A DNA stretch of 64,000 nt from Octopus bimaculoides (Eukaryota), in NCBI RefSeq assembly GCF_001194135.2, contig NC_068981.1:2644242-2708241 (forward strand). Direction: 5' to 3'. The notes under the pieces are model-generated. The model was not told the DNA's origin. It was given only the letters and a program-made list of their open reading frames with translations, and ran no database searches. Every line of letters starts with the position of its first letter. Position 1 is the stretch's first letter. This document shows, piece by piece, positions 23,294 through 37,078 of the stretch. The translations under genes were made by a program, and so were the position numbers.

Positions 23294-24381
23294 TTAATTC
23301 ATTTTATTGGCCACAAGGGCTAATATCAATTAAAAACATATAAGGACAAAGACAGGACGAAGGTTACAAAAGGTTTTGTCTGAAAAGGTAGGAAAGTTCG
23401 TCTAAACAGAGGAAGAAAACGGAGAAAGATATAATAAATAAATAGATAAATAAATAGATAAATAAATAAGTAGAACTCCCAAAGGGGGAGGCGCTTCGAA
23501 AAAGGAAAGGTTACACCTGGAAAAACCCATAAAACCACGGGAGCCTGGTCAGAAAAAATAAGAAAGGGGTATAGAGCCCTTTCTCCTTTTACATTACCTT
23601 TTTTTTCTTTTTTTTTTTTTTACAGGTGNNNNNNNNNNNNNNNNNNNNNNNNNNNNNNNNNNNNNNNNNNNNNNNNNNNNNNNNNNNNNNNNNNNNNNNN
23701 NNNNNNNNNNNNNNNNNNNNNNNNNNNNNNNNNNNNNNNNNNNNNNNNNNNNNNNNNNNNNNNNNNNNNNNNNNNNNNNNNNNNNNNNNNNNNNNNNNNN
23801 NNNNNNNNNNNNNNNNNNNNNNNNNNNNNNNNNNNNNNNNNNNNNNNNNNNNNNNGCTACAGCCACTAGGCATAGGAAAATTGCCTTGCCCTCCTGGTTA
23901 AAGGAGGTCGGCGGGTCAATTCTCACGATGGATTCAGCTGATAGCCGGATCCGTCCTACACGTGACAGTAGCTGTTCGATATAGACCCACAGGTCAGCAA
24001 TGCTCGGGCACTGGACGAGTGCGTGCAGAATGGTTTCGTCGTCCTGAGTGCACCTCGGGCAAGCCCGGTTGACGGCACCTCCGTGTCGGTAGAGTTTATC
24101 TCGAACAGGTAGTGCACATCGGTAGCACTGCCAGGCGAAGGACCTTTGGAAATTATCCATGGGCCCTGGCCCGAAAGTTCTCCTGAACAGACTGTTTAGC
24201 TGATTATCCTCGACGCCTAGAGTTTCCCCGAGAACGTCGTCACACTTTTCTCCCACTAACCCTCTATAGAACGCTAGAGTGGAGCTACTACCGATCGCAC
24301 TGCCCGCCTGACTGAGGGTGGTGAGAGCTTGGCGGCACTCGAGGTGCCAAGCGCCCTTTCTCGGTCTACATTTGATCCAGG
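23294..24381 (-). mobile_element. 5'-truncated L1/Tx1-clade LINE (ORF2 C-terminus with CCHC zf-RVT-type knuckle + 3'UTR), contains an assembly gap
   Basis: Frame open from about 24381 to the gap at 23856: ...FQRSFAWQCYRCALPVRDKLYRH...ACPRCTQDDETILHALVQCPSIADLW. The CxxC-x8-H-x4-C at 24008-24061 is typical of L1/Tx1 ORF2. GC-rich relative to its flanks. 3'UTR ends ...GCCCTTGTGGCCAATAAAATGAATT. Confidence 0.85.
23629..23855. other. Assembly gap (227 N) inside the Tx1-like LINE
   Basis: N run. Confidence 1.
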
Positions 24382-24450
24382 ATTAATAATAACAACAACA
24401 ACATTGAAAAATACCTTAGGAATGAGAACCCAGGTTCGAAATTTTCCCAA

Positions 24451-24493
24451 GACACCTGATGAAGGCTGGAGGGTATATCAGCTGAAACGTGTT
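24451..24493 (+). ncRNA. Degenerate hammerhead copy (3-nt deletion at cleavage site/stem I; G-U at the stem II base)
   Basis: GACACCTGATGAAGGCTGGAGGGTATATCAGCTGAAACGTGTT. Confidence 0.4.
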
Positions 24494-25413
24494 AACAACA
24501 AACAAGATGAGGACAAATATCCATCAAATGTAAATAATGTAATTATAACATATTCGTGATTATTAATGTTATTTAACATATGAGATATGTATCATCATTT
24601 TGGCAGTCTTTGGGGTTTATATTTTCCTCAATTTCCTCCCCTCCTTGAGACATTTAAGCATACATTACTTTCTAGCCATGTTGGATATTTCAAATGAAGG
24701 AGAAACCTGTTGGGCCAATAACTGTTTTACTGCATTGGGATTTTGTGATATTGTCATTTAATTCTCTACTATTTCGTGAGAAGATCCTTTAACTTGTCGA
24801 AATTAAATGATGTATTTATTGACGAGTCTTTATGAAATGCAAAAGTTATAAATGATTAGTTTTCAGGGAAGAAAAATGTACTGTTTGTTTGCAAGTAAAA
24901 AAAAAAAAACAGTGGCATTGGAGTACAAGGTTTGTCACACACAAATGATTTTTAAGTATTTAGAACTGACCTGTCAAATCCAGCTGTTGTCAAATAATGT
25001 TGATACAAGGTTCTTTTATTAGTCTACTTGTCTACTTGCTTGAAAGCTATCTGCTTTGCTTTCTTCAAACAGACTGGTTAACCTACTTAGTAAGATTTAA
25101 CTGTTCTATTCAGAATATCTTTTCCACTGTGTGTTATTTCAAGAAAGGTTTAGAAAGAATTTCATTTGTATTTTTTTATATTCATGGTGAACAAAGGGAA
25201 AGCATTTCTTAAATATTTTTAAAATTCTGAATTTACACAGAAAAAAATTTACTGAATAAATTTCTCTTTACACAATTTTTGGTGAAGTATTACTGATTCT
25301 CAAGATTCAAATTTGTTCTTCAATTTATTAGCATCCAAATAAACTATTTATTTATTTGGTTCCTGTATTGAAGAACAACATATACTATTGTCATTTTGTC
25401 TAGTGTGTGTGTG

Positions 25414-25458
<45 letters not shown>

Positions 25459-25523
25459 GTTAGTCGTCTAAGAGACCGTAAGTCGGGGAAAAGATGCACT
25501 TGTTTATCTGTCAGTAGAGTGGG

Positions 25524-25758
25524 TATATTATCCAAAATGTATAGTATTAAATGTCCATCGCGGTTGATCCTGCCAATCGGCTTCATGTAAAGAATACATA
25601 CAATGGAGTGTTAGGTAACAATCCAATTATATAACTTTGATGAGTGTAAAGTTATATAATCAGATCGTTACCTAACACTCCATTGTATTCTTTACACGAA
25701 ACCGATTGGAAAGATCAGCTGTGATGGATATTTAATACTATACATTTTGGATAATATA
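25524..25758. repeat. 235-bp foldback: 115/111-bp inverted arms, 9-nt loop (25639-25647)
   Basis: TATATTATCCAAAATGTATAGTATTAAAT... / ...ATTTAATACTATACATTTTGGATAATATA. The left arm carries an extra CATA. Confidence 0.92.
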
Positions 25759-25794
25759 TGAAATTATGATGGAAGGTTTTAATTTAGATCACAG

Positions 25795-26017
25795 TAATCC
25801 CTTTGTTACCATATTTCTGTTGTAATACCTCACCTTGGTTTCAAGTAATTTTGAAAATAGTGGAGAATTTAGTAAAATAACTGTCCTTATTAAACTGGTT
25901 TTTAGAACACAAATTAACATGAAATTTTAGTGACAGGTTTTAAAATAATTTTAAAACAGGATGTTTATATCATAGAATCAGGGGTGGTCATAAGTGGATT
26001 GGAATCAAAAGGGTTAA
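25795..26017. mobile_element. piggyBac-like MITE relic
   Basis: TAATCCCTTTGTTACC ... GAATCAAAAGGGTTAA ends (TTAA-CCC/GGG-TTAA pattern, left end decayed). Confidence 0.5.
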
Positions 26018-26135
26018 GTACTGTGGTGTTGGTGGAAAAGGTGAGTGCAAATGTGTGTGGGTGCGCATGTGTGTATACTTGCGTAGGCCTCCAGGAGGCA
26101 TATTTATGTTGTTGGTCATACTTCACTGAAAAATA

Positions 26136-26428
26136 GGGACTTCCGAGTGTGGTCATTGCCAGTGCTGCCTGACTGGCTCCCATGCCGGTAGCACGTAAAA
26201 AGCACCATACGAGTGTGGTCGATGCCAGTACCACCTGACTGGCTCTTGTGCCGGTGGCATGTAAAAAGCACCCACTACACTCTTGGAGTGGTTGGCATTC
26301 GGAAGGGCATCCAGCTGTAGAAACCTTGCCAGATCAGATTGGAGCCTGGTGCAGCCTTCTGGCTTGCCAGTTCTCAGTCAAACCGTCCAACCCATGCCAG
26401 CATGGAAAGTGGGCGTTAAGTGATGATA
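26136..26428 (+). mobile_element. RTE-type 3'UTR element with two subrepeats
   Basis: GAGTGTGGTC..GCCAGT..CTGACTGGCTC twice, then the core and GCGTTAAGTGATGAT. Confidence 0.85.
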
Positions 26429-29400
26429 TATATATATATATATATATATAAAGAGAGAGAGAGAGAGAGACCTTGGTCAGATTTTCCACCCATGAGTGTT
26501 CAATCAACTGAACTGCCAGGTTCAATGAATGTAAATGGTTGAGTATTCCACAGACACATATTTTTAATGTAAAATTCTGAGGCACAGTGAATGTCACACA
26601 GTATGAGATGAAGCTGAACTCTTTGAATTACAGGTACAGTCCATTTGACATTCTTATACTCATTTCCATCCACCCAATTTTACTCATGTGTTATGAGTTG
26701 ACTTGAGGTTCATCTTCCAATGGAAAATATTTTATGACCTTACCAACTATTTTTTAAACTGATCTGATATTTCTTTTCTAGTAAGTACTTATTGTAGGAT
26801 TCCTTGCTCTGAGTAGCAATGCATATTAGCAGATTTTGAACCAATAGTATAATTAAATGTTGTTTTAAGGATTTTGTTTGATACCATAAACTTGATATTG
26901 TAAGCCTTTCTGTAAATTTGTATTTTATTAATATTGGCCAGATCAGTAGAGCAGCTGTCCACTCTGTCATATTTAGCTGTCTCTTTACATTCTTAATTCA
27001 GGTTCTACCAAAATTGATTTTACTTTTCATTCTCCTGAGATTGATAAAATAAAGTATTATTCAAATACTATAGTTGGTCTCACCTATTGTTCCTTTCTCT
27101 CAATAAATGTGGCTTTGTGCCTAAGCTGTAATTTTTATTGAGTATTTTTTTTTTTTTTTACTTTTAGCTTAATGTAACATAAGTATTGGTGATTTTGATT
27201 CAATTCCAGTTTGCTACAGAGGTGTGAAAGATAAATTCTATAGCTGTAGAATAAACGACAAAGGGACATGACTGGTCTGATATGGTCAGTGTAAATGTTG
27301 AAGAGTTAACTGTATTTTTTTCAGCTTAGTTTGATAAATTGAAATTTTTTTCTATGTACTACAAGTTATTTTTTCTATCCATCACCACTTCTATGTCCCC
27401 ATTATCTACTGTTGTATATGTTCATATGTGAGCATAGTTGACATATCAAATATGTGGTGGGCCAGCTTTCAATTTCTTGTGTAAAAAATTATTTTAGCTA
27501 TATTTGAGTGAAAAGAAATTTAGTAATTTCTATTATTCAAATGAAAGATAGTAGGATTTCATAGAGCAGTGTTTGTGCTAGGACGTTGATTTCCACCAGT
27601 TCCAAGTTTGAACTTAAGTAGATTTGACATCCTTTTATTCCAACAGTGTCAGTAAAATAAATACCTGGATTATATTGAAGTGCTATACAAATCAATGAAA
27701 GACACCTGAAGTTGTAGTCAGTTGCTTTGGCAACAGGTTTCAAAATAATGAACAGATAATCTCTTTAGTGTCTTAGATTTTATAATTAAATCTCTAATTT
27801 GTTTTTAAAAAATTATCGGAAAAAAGAAATAAAACAAGAATCTAAAGATTTTCAAACTAATGGTTTGGAAGGATATATTCACATAAAAAAAATTAAAAAA
27901 TTGAAAAATTATTTTGAGAATGTTATGTTATTTTGGGCGATGTCAGTTCTGATTGAACAAACATCATTAAAGACATTGTAACAGTTACCATGCCATCTGT
28001 TTTCCTAGACATAATATCTCAAAACTACACTATCCAAGACAGTAATTTAAGGGAAATTCAGATGTTATTTCTACCAATTCAGGCAAGCATATACAGGCTC
28101 TTCCAGTGGTTTATGTCGTAATTTGATGAAGGTACTAGCAACAGTAATTAGTTTTTAACTTTGGTGCCAGACCACACATTTGTAGAGGAATATAGTCAAA
28201 TGAATTTATTTCAGTATATGACTGGTACTTATTTTATCAAACCTGGAAACATGAAATGCAAGGTTGATCCTGGTGAGGTTGGAAATTTGAAGAATGTGAC
28301 TTTTCTATCATTACTATCACTTCAATATTTTTAATAATAATAGTCATTCTTCACAAGGTTTTGTACATACATCCAATAAATGTTAAAACATGGGTATGGG
28401 TTACAGACCATGTACAGGTTGATAAGACAGTTATATAAATACAAGGGGGTGAGTAAGGCCATTATACAATGAACATATTAAAAGAAAAAAACTGAGAAAA
28501 ACACAGAAAATAAAATTATATAAAACACAATAAAACAAGATATAAGTTGATTAAAAAAAATGAAAAACATTTAAGGAACCTAATCCACACATGGGTGGGA
28601 ACCCACTAGGTAGTTTGGACCTAGGTGCTCAACAACACTTGCCTTTGTAACTTGTCAAAAATTACTATACCTGAAAGTACCCAAAAGCATGTCTGGATTG
28701 GGCAAGAAATATGCTGCACCCTTTACAATTTACACAATAGTAGTTCATAGACTAGTTGCATGGTTTTTATTAGTATTCTATCAACTACATGCCCTTAAAA
28801 ATCAAAGCCTATTTCCTCCTCACTCAACACATTGCTTTGCCTTTTGTCTTCTATTTGTTTATTAGCTCTATCAGTACTTTACTAGTATTTAGTTTCATTT
28901 ACGAAAAGTGACAAAGTTGATCCTGACAGAACTTGGATTCTCCTTTCTGTTGCTGTCATCTTCTATGTAGACTCAAATAATGAAAATAGGGTGTCTCTAT
29001 TAAAATGTGTTGATACAATTCAAGTGGACAGCCTTCAAACAAGCTATCAAGTCACAAGCTTACAGCTGGGTCATTGTGAAGGACTGGAATGTTCTAACCT
29101 GATGACTCAATTATTTCAGTTAATACATCTAGAAAATCTAGGGACAATAATAAAATATTTTTTCCTTGAATAGCAATAGAGAGTGTAATCTTGAATATCT
29201 TCTGTTAAAATAGTGAATATATATTATTAAATACTTTGGCTGAATGTGTTTAAAATTACACTCATTCTTTCTTATCAGTGTCCATCTCTGTTGTTACCCA
29301 TCACTCACACTCTTGCTTTCCATAACCTATCTTTATTATTATTCACCCTTTCTCATTACTCCTTCCTCTATCACTCACTGTTGACATTTTTTTTTTTGTT

Positions 29401-31392
29401 CTCCATTTATCTTTTTCACTTCTGTTACTCTTCTTTTATCACCCTGTCTACCTCTGTCACTTCCTCTTTCCTCCTCACACCAGTAGTACTGTTTTCCGAT
29501 TCAATCTCTATACCAACAACCAGCATGTAGCAACTGTCTCTCTTCCATTACCTCATCTATCACCCCACTTGCTCCTATCACTGTGTTTTTCAATTGCATT
29601 CTTACCTTTCACTCTTTCTCATCCTGCTTTCCTCTCTGTCTTCACTCTTCTATTCAGCCACTGAGTCACATTACCTTGAACAGAGACAACATAGAGTGAG
29701 GAGGAATCTTTAGTCTTTCAAGTTTTGGTATCACAGTAAAATACACCAAGTGCAATCTGATTGCTATTTAATCATAGTAACTATACAAAAAATGCAACAT
29801 ATGACTGAGAAGTGTTCTTAGGAGGGCAATAACTTCAGATAAAAGCTTATTCAGACCATAAGGGACAGTTCAACCCATGTTGGACATATAAAGATGTTTT
29901 ATCATATGGTAGCCTTAAAAAATGAAAAGAACAAGTTTATACATACTGTAGTTATGAGAGCATAGTTTATAAGTTCTTATAATGTGTCTTTTGATCATGA
30001 TGATATAGTACTCAGAGGTTTTTAGATTGGAAAATTCATTCAATTATTTTTAGTTTGAAATTCTAAAAAGCTATTTAGAAAAAAAGCTTGCCAAACAGCT
30101 TACAGTTATGTACATTGAGATATTGATATCAGCTTTTAGAACAAGTGTTTGTGTTCCATTCCTTAGCTAATCACTATCAAAAATACAGGAAATAGGTTTA
30201 CTTTTCTATTAGTTTGTGTATGTGTAACTAGTGATCAAATGAAGACTAGTATTCCAACATTTTAACACCACATCATCATCATAATCATCACATACTTACT
30301 TGTCTTGGAAAAGGATTCATCATAGTTTTTGGGTAAATCCCTTTAGGATCTGTGAAATAGAAAAAGTTAAATCCAATTAGGAGTATATATATATAATGTA
30401 CTTGATTTCTGTAGAAATGCAGTTTCTTAGAAAAATTGACTTAATGGGGAGAAACAAGGAGGGTTGTTCAAAAGTGGATTCAAGTGAGGTATAGTGAGAA
30501 AGACTTGCAAACAAAATCTGTAAATACAGAAGAGGCAGAGATGGTCTATATAAAAATTAATTTGTACTGTTTATAAAGTGTCTAATGATTGTAAAGAAGT
30601 TGTTATATAAAGTAAATTATACTCACTCTGTAGAAACAATGCACATGCACACACATACACACACTCATGATATCAAGCTCTTTATATGCTACTATTAATA
30701 TGTTCCTATTAATATGTTGTTTCTTAAATTTGGTTATTGTTGATTAGGTTGTGATCTTTAGAGATCTTTTAATGAATATCACTGAAAAGATTTGCAAAGG
30801 TTAACAGAGTTTATATAAGATTTCTTTTTCATTTGAATTTTAAAATTGTTTATAATTCTGAAAGCAAACTTTTGTAATTATCCTCAAGCACATTATACTT
30901 CATTTATAGATTGGTAATGAATCAGATTCAATATCTCCTTAATTAAAAGATAAAGTAGTAAAAACATATAACAATTTTACAATAATTGATAAGATTTTGA
31001 ATAGACATAGTATCTAATTTTATAAATCATAACCAGACTGAGGGGAACAGGGAATTTGGAATATTTGTGATGGCTGGAGAAAATTGAGGCAAACCCGATC
31101 CATTGGATATATGGTGTTAGCCACCATACATCCAATGAATGAATGAAGTGAACTAAGTAGATAAGCATTACATATGTGCAGGAGAGATAGCTGTGATGGT
31201 ATGGATATGTGATGTGAATTGATGCTATGAGAGCAGGTGCCATGTATGACTGTTGGTAAAGGATATCCATGAGAAAGGAATAGAAGGGAAGAAATGGTGA
31301 GGTTAGATCCTGGGATGCTGAGATTAACAAATAAGATGATGAAAAAATTGAGATACATGATGATATACAATAAGCAAAATCAGAGAAGGAAA

Positions 31393-31620
31393 TCATCATC
31401 ATTTAATGTCCCTGTTTTATGCTGGCATGAGTTTTATAGTTTGATGGGATCCAATGTGTCTGAGGATTGGATTGTGATCCAATGTCTGTTTTGACATGGT
31501 TTCTACAGTTGGATCCCCTTCCTAGCATCAACCACTTTACAGTAGGAGCTGCATGGGTTTTTTTTTTTTTTTGTGTCACTTTTACCATTGAGACTACCAT
31601 GCAGCTCGCAAAACTATAAA
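31393..31620 (-). mobile_element. RTE-type 3'UTR fragment (decayed)
   Basis: (CAT)n TTTAATGTCC..ATGCTGGCATG..CTACAGTTGGATCCCCTTCC. Confidence 0.65.
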
Positions 31621-34600
31621 CCCTAGCAGGATGTCAGCTTCATGCTAGGGGAAGAGGGGATTGAACTGAGGGCATGTGACAGTGCCGGTTCTTGCAGAGA
31701 ATCTGTATAGATACTTGCATCTAGTTGTGGAAGAGGAGAGAAAGAGGAAATAAACAGTAGGAGCTGCAAGAGGGAGATAATGACAATGCAGTGCCTAGGT
31801 GGTTCCTCAAGACAAGATGAGTTGAAGAATTAGATTGCGAAATTGTATTGAACGAAACTCCATGCATAGCATTTGAAAGAGGTGGAAATCCGTTGGTGCC
31901 AAATCAGGAGAGTGGTAGCACTTCCCAGCCATGCATTTGAATTAGAACCTTGATTAAAAGCAAAAAGAAGGAGGTGTCAAAAATGCTCATTTTTCTTAAC
32001 TTGACATTCCATTTTAATGATCTGAAAATAAACAAAAAGTAACTAAAATTAACTAGAAAAACAAAAACAAAATATATTCCAAAATGATTAAAAATAGAAT
32101 TCTCAAAAAAAATAGATTCCAAAATTTAAAAACGCAATAAATTCCAAAATTTAAAAAGACGGTGGGAACTTAGTTGCCAACCCAATACATGACAAATGAT
32201 TGTTCTTACCACTTAATTCCTGAATTAATTTATCAAAGAGAATAAATATATCTTACATCAATAGTTACATTCCCTGCTCCAAAATCTCCCAAGATTACGA
32301 TAAAGGGTTACTGTAAGTTTTATTCATCTCAACCATAGTAGCATTCTATGTCCTCAGTAAATCTTTGAAATCAACTCCACTCCAACGCCATTACTTATTG
32401 GTGGTATTTGTAGTTGTGAAATATCAAAAGATATATTACACACAACAATAAACTTACATGCTAATTTTTAAAATTATCTAACTTAGACCATAATGAAATA
32501 TGTTCACCTTTAGACTACTAAATAACCCCTTAGAATCTACTTAAAGTCCTTTTGCAGATGGTGCTATGTCTTGGTTCCAAGCCTCTCTACTTTGAAGTCT
32601 CTGCAATCATGTTTTTGTTTTTTTCTTTATTTGCATTCATTAACATTTGAGCTTGAAGAGACCAATCATTGGTCCACTGTTTTATTGAGGGACAGCATCA
32701 GTTAATATTTCATCTACTTTGATATATCTGTATTCTGTGTTTATTTCAATCAGGTGGGAAAGGTGGTGATTTTAGGACAGTGTTGTATTCATGCAACCAG
32801 CCAAGATCCTAGTGCTTCATATCTTGTTACTGAATGATGTCCAAGGCTGAAACTTTTTGTTCTCAATGGCTGGGTTTGTGTAGCTCCATATGGCTCATGT
32901 TATAATTCCACTCTCTAAGCAGCAGTACTGATTTCAATTCCTTCAGTAGAAAATTCTACATGTGATAAGACCAATGTTCTATTCAGTAAAAAGATTTAAC
33001 TTTCATCTGTTTATAGAAAATGGAAATGAGCATCAGCCCTAATACCAGTTATTGATACGTACTGGAAAAAATGAATAGAACCTGTGTTTCAAAGGGCCAG
33101 CCTTGTTACATTCTGTGTCAAACTGAATCTCCTTGAGAACTATGTTAAGGGTACACATGTCTATGGAGTGCTCAAGTATTTTCAGGCTGTTCCGTTGATT
33201 GGATCAACTGGAACCCACATCATCATAACCAATGGAGTGCCAATTAAAAAAAAACATAAATAACATGATGTATGTAATTTGTAACCAAAACTAAATCAAA
33301 TAAATTCACAAAAATTGTAGTCCTACTAAATATAGTGTTGAGGGATCCTTTCAGATATGATGTTTACAGAAAGTAAGTGGAATTTTATTTGAAGATTATG
33401 TGGTTGGTCATTATTTATTTTGTATAATTGACTTAGTAGGAACAACATTTTTTCCCCTAAAACTACAAATATATCCCACAGTATTACTTACTTAGTATAC
33501 TGCATTTATTTCAATATGCACAATCTAGATCACATCTAAGAAAAAACTGTTTGGTTAAGAGTAAGCCCACATTAATTCTTTGATCATTTATCCTACCAGT
33601 TGTACATCCTCTCCTAACACAACCACAAATGGTTCTGCCTTAAAACTAAATAATTCAGTGCTACTCCTTTCTTAATTCATTGAATGTACTTCAATATACA
33701 ATCCCTTGCACTTCTCACAATATACTTTTCTCTAGTTATACTCTAATAACAATCACTTTGTCTTACCTTCCAAAATACTTATTCCCCTCTGTTACTCTCT
33801 TAAAAACATTAATCTAAAACTGGCTCCCTACTTATGTTTTTCATTCTACTACTAATCTGCAAATGTTCAAATTAACCATCAACTATTAGAGTCATAGTCG
33901 ATTATTCTATTCCCTCAGTTGAAGAGGGTTTAAACAGTGTATGACTTTTGTCTTTCCTCTTCAGATAAATATATAAGTATTTCATGCTCTATTGTGAACA
34001 TAAATGTTATTTTATTTATTAATTTCAGAAAACCTTTATAATATTTTGTAATCTTCAGTTCTGTATTACAATCTTTCAAGTATACTGAGAGTATTTTGCT
34101 TGAAGTAGTGATTCTGAGCCACTTCATCCGAAAATACTTTTACAGTTCATGTTTAACTTATAAATTCATTATATCATCATAGGAAGCTTTTGTCACTTCC
34201 CTTCCTGTATATTAACCATAGTCATTTTCATGATATTTCTGATGCTACAGAATTTTGATGGTTCTGAAGAGCAAACGATAAAAATTGTGCCATAACTACA
34301 TCAGCTTCTTTCAAAAGACAAAATTTTCCCTAAAAGAAGGGCATCTGCTTGCAAACCATTTTGAAAATGTAATGATTTTGAAAAATTCTATTAGACAAGA
34401 GCCAATTAGGGGACACTGGCATCGACTGCATTCACATTTTACGTACCACTGAAACGGGAGCCAATCAGGGGAAATGGCCACAGCCATGATTTTGGTTTTA
34501 CTTGACTCAACAGGTCTTCTCAAGCATATCATGATTACATTAATTGTATTTAAAGAGTTCAGGAAATGGAAGAAAGTGATAATGATTACATTTGATTTAT

Positions 34601-36420
34601 AGTTTATCATTATTTCAATTGGTTTGTACAGTTGAAACTTCTTATTCATATATAATGCCTTATTTTCCATATTTCACTTTGTGATTATTATCTAAGATAT
34701 GAAATAATTAACAGATATTATTGTTTGGAGTAACACAATTTAATCTAAAGACAAAGAGTTAGGCTTGTAACTGGCATTAATGATAATAATAAGAGAATAA
34801 TTTATCAATATTTAGAAACATTTAGCTTACAAAAATTTTTTTAAATGGTAATAATAAATTTCTAAAATGTAGGTCTCAATCATTTTTCATTACATTTTAA
34901 AACAATTATCAAAGTTATATATTATACTAGAACCTTCCCCTGAATAATGGAAAGCCTCCATGCCAAATTTGGTACAGACTGATCCAGAGGTTTGGCTGTG
35001 CATACAGGACCGTCCCCCACCTCCACAGAATTTTATAGATTAAAAGAAATATCTTTTAGACTGTATGTATTTCATGTTTTTTAGAAATATATAATACTTA
35101 TTTAAAGAGAGAGTGTTGCAGTTCACAAATGACTTTCTCTCAAACCTTATCTTCTGTTTCTGTTTATTGGTGATTGTTTTTTTCAAGTTATATTTGACTA
35201 TGGGTATTAGTAATCACATTGTTATATTATTTCCAACTACTATGAATACTTTATTTAAATTACCAATTTGAACAGAAAATTATATTAGCATGTGTTATTC
35301 TAAACAATAGTTTCACATATCTGTGAACTAGTGATGGACTTGTTTTGGTGCTTTACAAATTGCTTAGTAAAGTACATTTTACTCAGTTGGCAAGACTAAG
35401 CGTGAGAATATAGTGTCGAGAAAACATCTCTAGAAGGCATCCTGCATATCAGCTTCATTGAAAAGGTTTGATAATGCTGAAACTTGTCAGTTGCTTACCC
35501 AGTTGGCTTTAAAGACAAGATTCACTCCAATTGGTATTGTCTATATTGTCCCAAAAATTTTGAACAGCTGATTTAATTAATTGAACAGATCTAATAAGGG
35601 AGCTTTCTCCCTTGTTTTTAAATTTAAACATATCCAAAGGGAGTTTTTAATCTATTAATTGCTTGGTTAATCTCAGTTGTATTTTTCACAACTCATTACA
35701 TATGTGAGACCATACCAAATTTAAATTTAGTTTGCAGAATGCTCTCTTACACTACTTTTCTTCAGTCTTTTGGCGTTATGTGGAGTTTACTGTTTTCTTA
35801 AGTGACTACAATATTTTTTTTTGTACATTAAAAAAGGCTGCTTTTAATCATCACACTAAATATTATTTTTAACTCAATTGAAAATAGATATATTTAGACA
35901 AGATTTCATTATAGAGATTTCTAATTTTCTTATTTGTTCATACTAAAAAAAATATTCTCAATTTCACTGTCTTGTACTTGTTGTAACCTGTATGTCTAGG
36001 TTTAATTAGGTGTCAAACAGCTTTTATGCTTTCAAGATATATACTTTTGATTTTTGTTGTTAAGGAAGTTTAAAAAAATATAGTAAAAGGCCTAATTGTT
36101 CAGTGAGTACATTTATTTATTTTGCCCTAAAAAGGCTTATTTATTTTGTTTTAATAACTATTTTAACATGCATTTGCAGATCTTATACATATAGCCTAAA
36201 GTAAATGAAATAGTAATAGATGTTAGAATTACAATAAGCTAAAGAAAAGTGTAACCAGCATTTTAAGTAACAAACATTAAAAGAAAATAAATATATTATC
36301 AAATTAAATATATTATGAAAGAAAATAAAAATATTATCTTGATGGTTTTCTGGAAAATAAACATTGCTTTAAGTTTAAACATTATTTCTTTCTATGTTGA
36401 GGGAATGAGTTTTAAACTCT

Positions 36421-36432
36421 TGCACACGCACG

Positions 36433-36480
<48 letters not shown>

Positions 36481-36859
36481 CTCTCTTGCTCTCTTGCTCT
36501 CGCTCTTGCCCTCTCTCTCTCTCTCTCCCTCTCTCTCCCTCCCTCTCTCTCTCACCCTCTCTCTTGCTCTCTCTCTCTCTCTCTCTTGCTCTCGCCCTCG
36601 CTCTCTCTCTTGCTCTGTCTCTCTCACTCTCTGTCTGTCTCTCTCTCTCTCGCTCTCTGTCTCTCTCACTCTCTGCCTGTCTCTCTCGCTCTCTGCCTGT
36701 CTCTCTCGCTCTCTGCCTGTTTCTCTCGCTCTCTGCCTGTTTCTCTCGCTCTCTGCTTGTCTCTTTCACTCCCTATCTGTCTCTCTCGCTCTCTGTCTGT
36801 CTGTCTGTCTCTCCCGCTCTCTATCTGTCTCTCCCGCTCTCTGTCTATCTCTCCCTCTC

Positions 36860-36890
<31 letters not shown>

Positions 36891-37078
36891 CTCACTCTCT
36901 GTCTCTCTCTCTCTTGCCCTCTGTCTATCTGTCTGTCTCTCTCTTGCTCTCTGTCTGTCTGTCTGTCTGTCTCTTGCTCTCTCTCTGTCTCTCTTGCTCT
37001 CTGTCTGTCTGTCTCTCTCACTCTCTGTGTTTGTCTCTCTCTGTGTTTGTCTCTCTCTGTCTCTGTCTCTCTCTCTCA
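36421..37078 (+). repeat. (CA)n followed by about 600 bp of compound (CT)/(CTGT)/(CTCG) polypyrimidine array
   Basis: Direct inspection. It explains all ORFs called at 36315-37215. Confidence 0.97.

Larger units (their letters stand above)
23194..24539 (+). mobile_element. Short inverted arm of dimer A, split at its (AAT)n by a Tx1-like LINE
   Basis: 23194-23293 head + (AAT)n; resumes at 24382 with AACAAC..ATTGAAAAATACCTTAGGAATGAGAACCCAGG...GACACCTGATGAAGGCTGG...TAAATAATG. Right TSD copy at 24540-24552. Confidence 0.85.

Noticed and set aside
34930-35040. Helitron/Helentron-like end motif (CCAAATTTGGTACAGACTGATCCAGAGGTTTGG)
   Set aside because: Only a short resemblance; boundaries could not be defined.
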